Below are positions 58,901-64,000 of a stretch of 64,000 nt of DNA, in pieces (position 1 is the first letter of the stretch; the number at the start of each line of letters is the position of its first letter). The translations under genes and the position numbers were made by a program. The notes under the pieces were generated by a model, which made no database searches, was not told the origin of the DNA, and saw only the letters and a list, made by a program, of their open reading frames with translations. Source of the stretch: Botryllus schlosseri (taxonomy: Eukaryota); NCBI GenBank assembly GCA_051294905.1, contig CM119374.1, forward strand, positions 20,708,001 to 20,772,000, written 5' to 3'.

Positions 58901-61900
58901 GATGCTGCACATGCAAATCTTACATTGTTATCGGGTGATCATGATTTAGAATCGCCATCGTGTAGTCTTGAAATGGAATCTTCAAATCCATCACCTGAAT
59001 CTTAGGGTTAGAAGCCAACGAAGTCAGTCATATGCAGATTAGCTACCTAAGCCCAGAGGACATCAGAACAGAGAGGATGTGCAGAATGGGGTAAATACAT
59101 AGGGCTCTTCGACTCACAAGTAGCAATTTTGGTAGGGTTTTGGAGTGCTTTGAGGAGAACAAGACAGCAGATAGCCTACTCCATATGCAACATCTCTTTT
59201 CAAATCACTTCAAAGACAGTACAGTATGAACAGGTATTCAATATCGTGGGGGTTATTGCACGAAGAAAGGGCCATTTAAGACTACTAAGCATCACTCATG
59301 TGAATGTAGCAAAGATCGGTCTTGTTCTTTTTCCATATGGATATCTGGGTGCTTCACATGATAGAGTGATTCTAGCTGTGCAGACCTCTTCCGCACTGGT
59401 GTGCTTGAGGTATCGTAACAACACATGCGATGAGCTCATGAATTTGAACTTGAGCAGAAATCACAGAAAATTAGTTTATATTTGACTGCTGCTAGATAAT
59501 TACAAGTAAATCACTCTTATTGGCATCAAATTCGGGCCCAAATGTATGTCACAAATAGTCCTGCCTTCTTATACTCTGCATTCCCAAGCGTTCCTGTCCT
59601 TTACGTTGGAAGAAAATGAATGGAAAGCTCTGTTCTTCCCCAGTTCATTGTCATTGGTGGCACTGCATTCATAAACACAGCAGTATTTCGGCATTATATT
59701 TCAGTATATGTTATTAAATATTTTGTTTCCTTTCCTAATTTTATTATGGATAAAGAAATAAACATTTGACTGTAATCTTGTCGTTTTTATACAGTCTACA
59801 CGGCTATAGGAATACATCGTAGTGCCGACTATAGGTTTAGGTAAATGCAGCGTCCTCCGTTGCTGCGTCGTATCCATGGCCATTGTCTCTCGACCAATCA
59901 GCGTAAAGTTTGGTTTACGGCCGTATAGGATACTAATTTTCTTGACTTTTAGCAGTGTCTGCTCGCATTTTCAAGTACTAGTACCAATAGACGAAATACC
60001 AATAAGGTGGTTAGGTTACTATTCTTTGAAATTACAATGTAATGTCGGTCTTGGCCGTATGAGTTTCGAGTCATATGACTCGGTTCGAGTCATTCGCAAT
60101 GCCTCGAGTCCAAGTCGAGTCAATACACAAATTGACTTAAGTCGAGTCATGACTCGAGTCGTTACAACCCTGCTTTGAGTCACCTTTTATCAAAATACAC
60201 CAGCCAAAAGGAGTTCGTGTACCATCTAAAATAGTACATTGAACTCTCTCTTATTCGAAATTTCATGCTGGTGACGTCGTATTTTGAAATACGATTGTTG
60301 ATATACATTGTTTTCTCCAATTCTCTACTGATTGCTGACCATTACCCCTGACGAGTGCCCGCCGCAAATATTCGGGTTCGTTTCATTATGAATATACTAT
60401 TCAATGATCAACATGTAAGGAGTGTTCGATGACATAATCACTATTGCTATTTTTTAAGGTTAGAGGGTCTTCGCTCTTCAGTAGCCAACTGTTGGATTAA
60501 TTTAGGAGGGTTGTAGCAGATCAATTTTTCGTGAAAATACTGAAAACTTGTGTGAACTCAAATGATGATCCCAGGCATAATTATGGTCCTTCCGATTGTA
60601 TTTCAAGTAATTTTTGAAATTCCAGTGTCCACCAGTGTTCCGTGACGCCAGGGAGCATCAAATCTCTCTCGTGAAGTATTTGCGTTCCGAAGGCTTGACT
60701 GGAGACGTCAGCTATTATCAGCTCGTGCATTGGGAAGATCCAGACTTTGTCACGGGCAAGTGCTGTTTTGGTGTATCGGTCTCTGATTCTACTTGCATAC
60801 AATTTATCGCTTTGTCTAAAACAGGGGGAGGAGGGGTGTTAAACATCCGACCTGCGAAATAATTCTGATCAAATGGAAAAACACTAGTAAATCCAGCACA
60901 TTTATATGAAAAGTTGAGATTATTAATAAGAAATGCCCTACGATCCGTAGTATAATATATACTGATAGGCTTGATAGTAAAGGATTCCTATTCCAGTGAA
61001 AAACAAAGGTGGGCTATGCATTTGGAAGTCACATTTTATTGTCATTTGACTAATCCCGGCCCATAGGCGATCAACAGGTTTAAATCCGGCCCGCGTGCTA
61101 AGTTTAGTTTGACACCCCTGGTCTAGAAGCTGTGAAAAGTCGATTCGCGAACTTGTTTCAAATTGAGACGTGTTATAGTGACTGTTAGACCACAATGCTG
61201 TATAATGATATTGAAATGGACTAGGGGTCTTCAAAAATGACTTTTTTTCTCAAATCGTACTGGCTACTCGAAAAATTGTTAGGTTACCTAATTTAAGCCT
61301 ACACACCAAATTTGGTTCAATTCCAACCAGTAGCCGCATTGCTACAGGAGAAGAAAGTTTCTATTTATTATATAAAAATGAATAACAAAAAATTTGAAAA
61401 TTTTCTTTTCACCCCATGAAAGTGTTAGGTTGTCTACAGAAACGATGTTTACCAAATTCGGTTTAATTCCAACCAGTGGAAGCGGAGATATTGTCGTCGA
61501 AAAATTTGGATTATGAATAAAATAGTATTTACGGTGACCAATTTTTTAGTTATTCATTATAGTGGTACCCACCGTCAATACTATTTTATTCAAATCCAAA
61601 TTTTTCGACGGCAATAACTCCGCTTCGACTGGTTGGAATTGAATCAAATTTGGTGATGATCGTTTCTATAGACAACCTAACACTTTCATGGGGTGAACAG
61701 AAAATTTTCAATTTATTTATTTATTGTGATATAATAAATAGAAACTTTCTTCTCCTGTAGCAATGCGGGTGCTGGTTGGAATTGAACCAAATTTTGTGTG
61801 TAGGCTTAAATTAGGTAACCTAACAATTTTATCAAGTAGCCTGTACGATTTGAGAAAAAAGTAATTTTTGAAGAGCCCTAATGTGCAAAGTTATAGTATT

Positions 61901-63392
61901 GTTCCTATTTTAGTATGTGTAACGCCAAAGCAAATCGAAGATTGGGCACTCATAGAAACTGTGTGTGAACATGACATGATTTATCATTACGATGATTTCA
62001 AACACTGTTTTCTATTCCTTCACGTTTGGTACTTACAATTACAATTGTGTAACGTACAACGCAGGTGCAAACGTGGCCAAGGTGTCTATGCAAGGCACTC
62101 TGAAGTACAAAGCACATTCTTTTTGGGGGTCAACGTTCAAGTCCGCATACTTCGTGCTCAGCGGCGGCGTCCTGTATCAATATGCAAATAGGTGAGCGGA
62201 TTGCGAATTGACGGTAATTCCGGGACGTAATTAGAACGAGTATTGAATAATAATTTTTATTATGCAGAGGCGATCTGTAATGAAGAATATCTCCCGACAT
62301 TTATGTTTTAGATTACTCAAGTACTCGAGTAGTTTCCAGACATGGTTTCTAATCCGATTTGAAGTAGTTTTGCCATGTCTTGGGAATTACTACTTCTACT
62401 TCTAATTGAGTAGAAATATACCGCATTACTTGGGCTTGAGTGGAAACACGTCTGATATGATACCTCGTCTGATACGTGATTACGATTGGTAAATCAAATC
62501 ACTGATGATCGCTGATTGATAAATTTTGTACCATACCGTAGTGTCATTAGAAGGGCGATTTTTTTGACCTGAGAAACTGAAGATTTTGACCTAAAAAATC
62601 AAAATTTTGACACTTTTTTACCTTGATAAACTTCATTTTGACAAAATTTTGTCCTCGTGTATGTAAATTAGGTGTTTTCATACATAACGTTAAAATTGTA
62701 CTACTTATCTTCATTTCTGGTTGGAACTGTCTGTCCTTACGAAGTAGTTTGGCCTGGAAAACATTTTTGAATTTAAACTGACAAATTTTTGCTCAAAAAA
62801 ACTTTATTTGAACAAAATCTGGAGCTATGAAGAATCCCAGTAGTTACGTCACGCGTTATGGTAAAAATAATTAAAATTTGTGGTAGTACTACGAAAGATA
62901 CTCTCCTACATTCTCGGGTAGAAAGTGTCTGTCCTTACTAAGTAGTTTGCCAAGATCGGAGAACTAACGTTCAACAGTAGCAGTTGCTGGGCTGGGAACA
63001 CTGAAGCAGTGCGTACACTGCTGTTGACAAACCGTGTTGCTTCATTCCGACAATGTTGTCTACATTTTTACAATTTACAATTACAATTTTTCATCACGCG
63101 CTTCTTGATATAAGAACCAATGCTCACACAGCCTTGCGTCACTTTGACTGTCTCTGGCAAGCGCTTTATTTTCCTTCGCAGAGACAGCGAAAAGCCGACC
63201 GGCAGCTACGAGCTTACCGGGGGCCGCTGCGTCGGATGCAGGCGAATCAAAACGCCGGACTCGTCGAACGGGCCCGGTCTGGATTTTGTCATCGAATTTC
63301 AAGGCGACACTAAGCTGGAGATGAACGGGTACAGCGTGATGGAGGTCACCGAATGGCTGCAGTGCCTTTGCATGATCGTCTCGCTGGACCAG
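46915..63392 (+). CDS. PLEKHM2: Pleckstrin homology domain-containing family M member 2 (SKIP); 12 coding exons in the window, 3' end beyond the window
   Basis: Exons join in phase (3063 nt, 1021 codons). RUN domain: GVWQAVKDFCRNDV..., RAWIYLTLNERELESY, LQTLISGLDSVTFDL. Post-linker motifs: STGHSDGN, YEDMDYVSVG, YQLVHWEDP. PH domain: QGTLKYK...YFVLSGGVLYQY, CVGCRR, EWLQCLC. All resemble human SKIP. Confidence 0.92.
47627..47742 (+). CDS. PLEKHM2: PLEKHM2 coding exon 2 (RUN)
   Basis: ttatattcag|GTT...CAT GG|gtacca; LFSCLEMILSHG. Confidence 0.85.
48106..48215 (+). CDS. PLEKHM2: PLEKHM2 coding exon 3 (RUN)
   Basis: ttttaag|G...AAA A|gtaagt; DGVWQAVKDFCRNDVKRTINNLINVRTSRGK. Confidence 0.9.
49741..49840 (+). 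CDS. PLEKHM2: PLEKHM2 coding exon 4 (RUN)
   Basis: aatttcag|GC...AA|gtacgt; RAWIYLTLNERELESYFQSF. Confidence 0.92.
51137..51161 (+). CDS. PLEKHM2: PLEKHM2 coding exon 5, 25-nt microexon (SALICSSH)
   Basis: ttttctttcag|G...CAT|gtatgt; required for phase; resembles NALVCSHDH. Confidence 0.8.
51225..51284 (+). CDS. PLEKHM2: PLEKHM2 coding exon 6 (end of RUN)
   Basis: tcttgcag|GTT...TTG|gttagt; VSVLQTLISGLDSVTFDLEL. Confidence 0.88.
52622..54382 (+). CDS. PLEKHM2: PLEKHM2 coding exon 7, 1761-bp linker exon
   Basis: Contains ORF 52649..54403; acceptor gatttttag|GAC (DVTYLD), donor AAG|gtatgg; ends IDNSLKLYLMLEVLTDENEVIIK, resembling VDNNHLLLLMIHVFRENEEQLFK. Confidence 0.92.
56958..57131 (+). 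CDS. PLEKHM2: PLEKHM2 coding exon 8
   Basis: attttag|ATG...CAG|gtgaag; MFHVSTGHSDGNWTALYLLFTDTFIYFLR. Confidence 0.9.
57193..57372 (+). CDS. PLEKHM2: PLEKHM2 coding exon 9
   Basis: ttcttgcacag|ACT...GTG|gtgagg; IMVDSCDKDLTDLIVSTL; the donor was chosen for phase and alternatives lie nearby. Confidence 0.8.
57419..57546. repeat. 128-bp hairpin (56-bp arms, 16-nt loop), MITE-derived; related arms at ~36045-36195 and ~60240-60410
   Basis: The arms differ at only 2 positions; the loop shares gtcagcaactagtag with the other copies. Confidence 0.8.
58076..59926. mobile_element. Decayed long-TIR DNA transposon with THAP sequence in both TIRs and a YqaJ-like exonuclease remnant (ISL2EU/PHIS-like)
   Basis: TIRs of ~365 bp (58076-58439 and 59559-59926). 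THAP: MPKYC*VYKCS...FHSFP...RKAW...ICS|HHF...RLKRGAIP. YqaJ motifs: RLTSSNFGRV, GLVL..YLGASHD, GVLEV, HSYWHQIRAQMYVT. The palindromic junction is compatible with an AT or TATA TSD. Confidence 0.8.
58474..58712 (+). mobile_element. 5'-truncated non-LTR retrotransposon tail inserted in the THAP remnant
   Basis: 9-bp TSD atttgctcc (58465-58473 and 58713-58721), (AAT)n tail; removing it restores the THAP peptide FICSHHF. Confidence 0.8.
60626..60755 (+). CDS. PLEKHM2: PLEKHM2 coding exon 10 (probable GC donor)
   Basis: aattccag|TGT; SYYQLVHWEDPDF; phase-1 donor G|gcaagt. Confidence 0.8.
61222..61880. mobile_element. Foldback MITE, same family as 36346-36958
   Basis: TAGGGGTCTTCAAAAATGAC.../...ATTTTTGAAGAGCCCTA; long complementary arms; no TSD seen. 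Confidence 0.85.
62065..62191 (+). CDS. PLEKHM2: PLEKHM2 coding exon 11 (PH domain start)
   Basis: caacgcag|GT...AG|gtgagc; MQGTLKYKAHSFWGSTFKSAYFVLSGGVLYQY. Confidence 0.9.
62550..62905. repeat. Dispersed repeat; inverted diverged copy at ~10880-11230
   Basis: Shared blocks aaacacctaatttacata, ggacagacagt.ccaaccag and ttcttcatag.tccagattt. Confidence 0.7.
63182..63392 (+). CDS. PLEKHM2: PLEKHM2 coding exon 12 (PH domain)
   Basis: ttccttcgcag|A...CAG|gtaatt; GGRCVGCRR...EVTEWLQCLCMIVS; a weaker alternative donor lies at ~63428. Confidence 0.88.
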
Positions 63393-63489
63393 GTAATTTC
63401 CAAGGGGGTTTTCTCCGTCGCCGCCAAGGTGGTCAGTAAAGAAGTAGTAGGTAGCTTCTTTAGAGTCATTTTTGTTAGTCACTAACATG

Positions 63490-64000
63490 CAGGGTTGTAA
63501 TGACTCGACTTGACTCGGGTCATTTTCCCAAAATACGGAAATGACACGACTCGAGTCAATCTGTGTGTTGACTCGACTTGGACTTGAGTCATTGCGCGTG
63601 ACTCGGACCAAGTCATAGGACTCGAGACTGGGACGGCCAAGACAGACATTTCATCGTAACTTCGGAGAATAGTAAAGTTACCACATTATTGGGATTTTGT
63701 CCATTGGTACTGGTACATGAAAATGCGACCAGAAACTGCTAAAAGTATGGAAAATTAGTATGTTTTAAATGCGAGCCATTCGATATCACCGGAGTTGTAA
63801 AAAGTGGGTTTAACAAGACTTTAACTGGAAACTGAGCAGTCAACACAAAGACTTGGACTCGGTCTCGAGTCATACTATCACGACTCGAACTCGACCCTCT
63901 GCTCGCTGACTTGGACTCAGACTTGACTCGGTGTTGAATTAGCAACGACTCGACTTGACTCGATTCAAAACTATAAACGTGAGACTGACTTGTGACTCGT
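63490..64000. mobile_element. 'GACTCGAGTC' MITE copy running off the window end
   Basis: Starts CAGGGTTGTAATGACTCG; reverse-colinear with the 57792/60172 halves. Confidence 0.85.

Larger units (their letters stand above)
57792..60172. mobile_element. 'GACTCGAGTC' MITE split by a 1.85-kb insertion
   Basis: Both termini present (CAGGGTTGTAA at 57792, TTACAACCCTG at 60172); TSD cttggagt/ctttgagt (7/8); the two halves rejoin colinearly with intact copies. Confidence 0.85.

Overview
Eukaryotic (invertebrate-animal-type) genomic DNA; the species cannot be identified from sequence alone. All gene models were built by hand from splice signals, reading-phase continuity and recalled similarity to vertebrate proteins; no database search was run. 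Four protein-coding genes are supported. (1) GCC2/GCC185 golgin on the minus strand, 19 coding exons, 27165->7218, about 1914 aa, with a 3180-bp coiled-coil exon and a C-terminal GRIP domain. (2) An intronless C2H2 zinc-finger gene on the minus strand, 31473->29431, 680 aa, about 9 fingers, with an unrecognised helical N-terminus. (3) A single-domain rhodanese (TSTD1/TSTD3-like) on the minus strand, 5 exons, 45488->35961, about 193 aa, with a mitochondrial-type presequence. (4) PLEKHM2/SKIP on the plus strand (RUN, long linker, PH), head-to-head with the rhodanese gene; 12 coding exons from 46915 to 63392, continuing past the window end. Introns and intergenic DNA are dense in non-autonomous DNA transposons (several with perfect 8-bp TSDs, one with TTAA) and 5'-truncated LINE ends. 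The most unusual items are a long-TIR element carrying what looks like a decayed RecQ Zn-binding/RQC fragment; a three-level nest (hAT MITE > element with THAP sequence in both TIRs and a YqaJ exonuclease remnant > LINE tail); the uORF layout and ambiguous transcription unit of the ZNF/GCC2 pair; and a probable GC-AG intron and 25-nt microexon in PLEKHM2. I found no CRISPR array, tRNA or rRNA, and no clearly intact novel multi-gene system.
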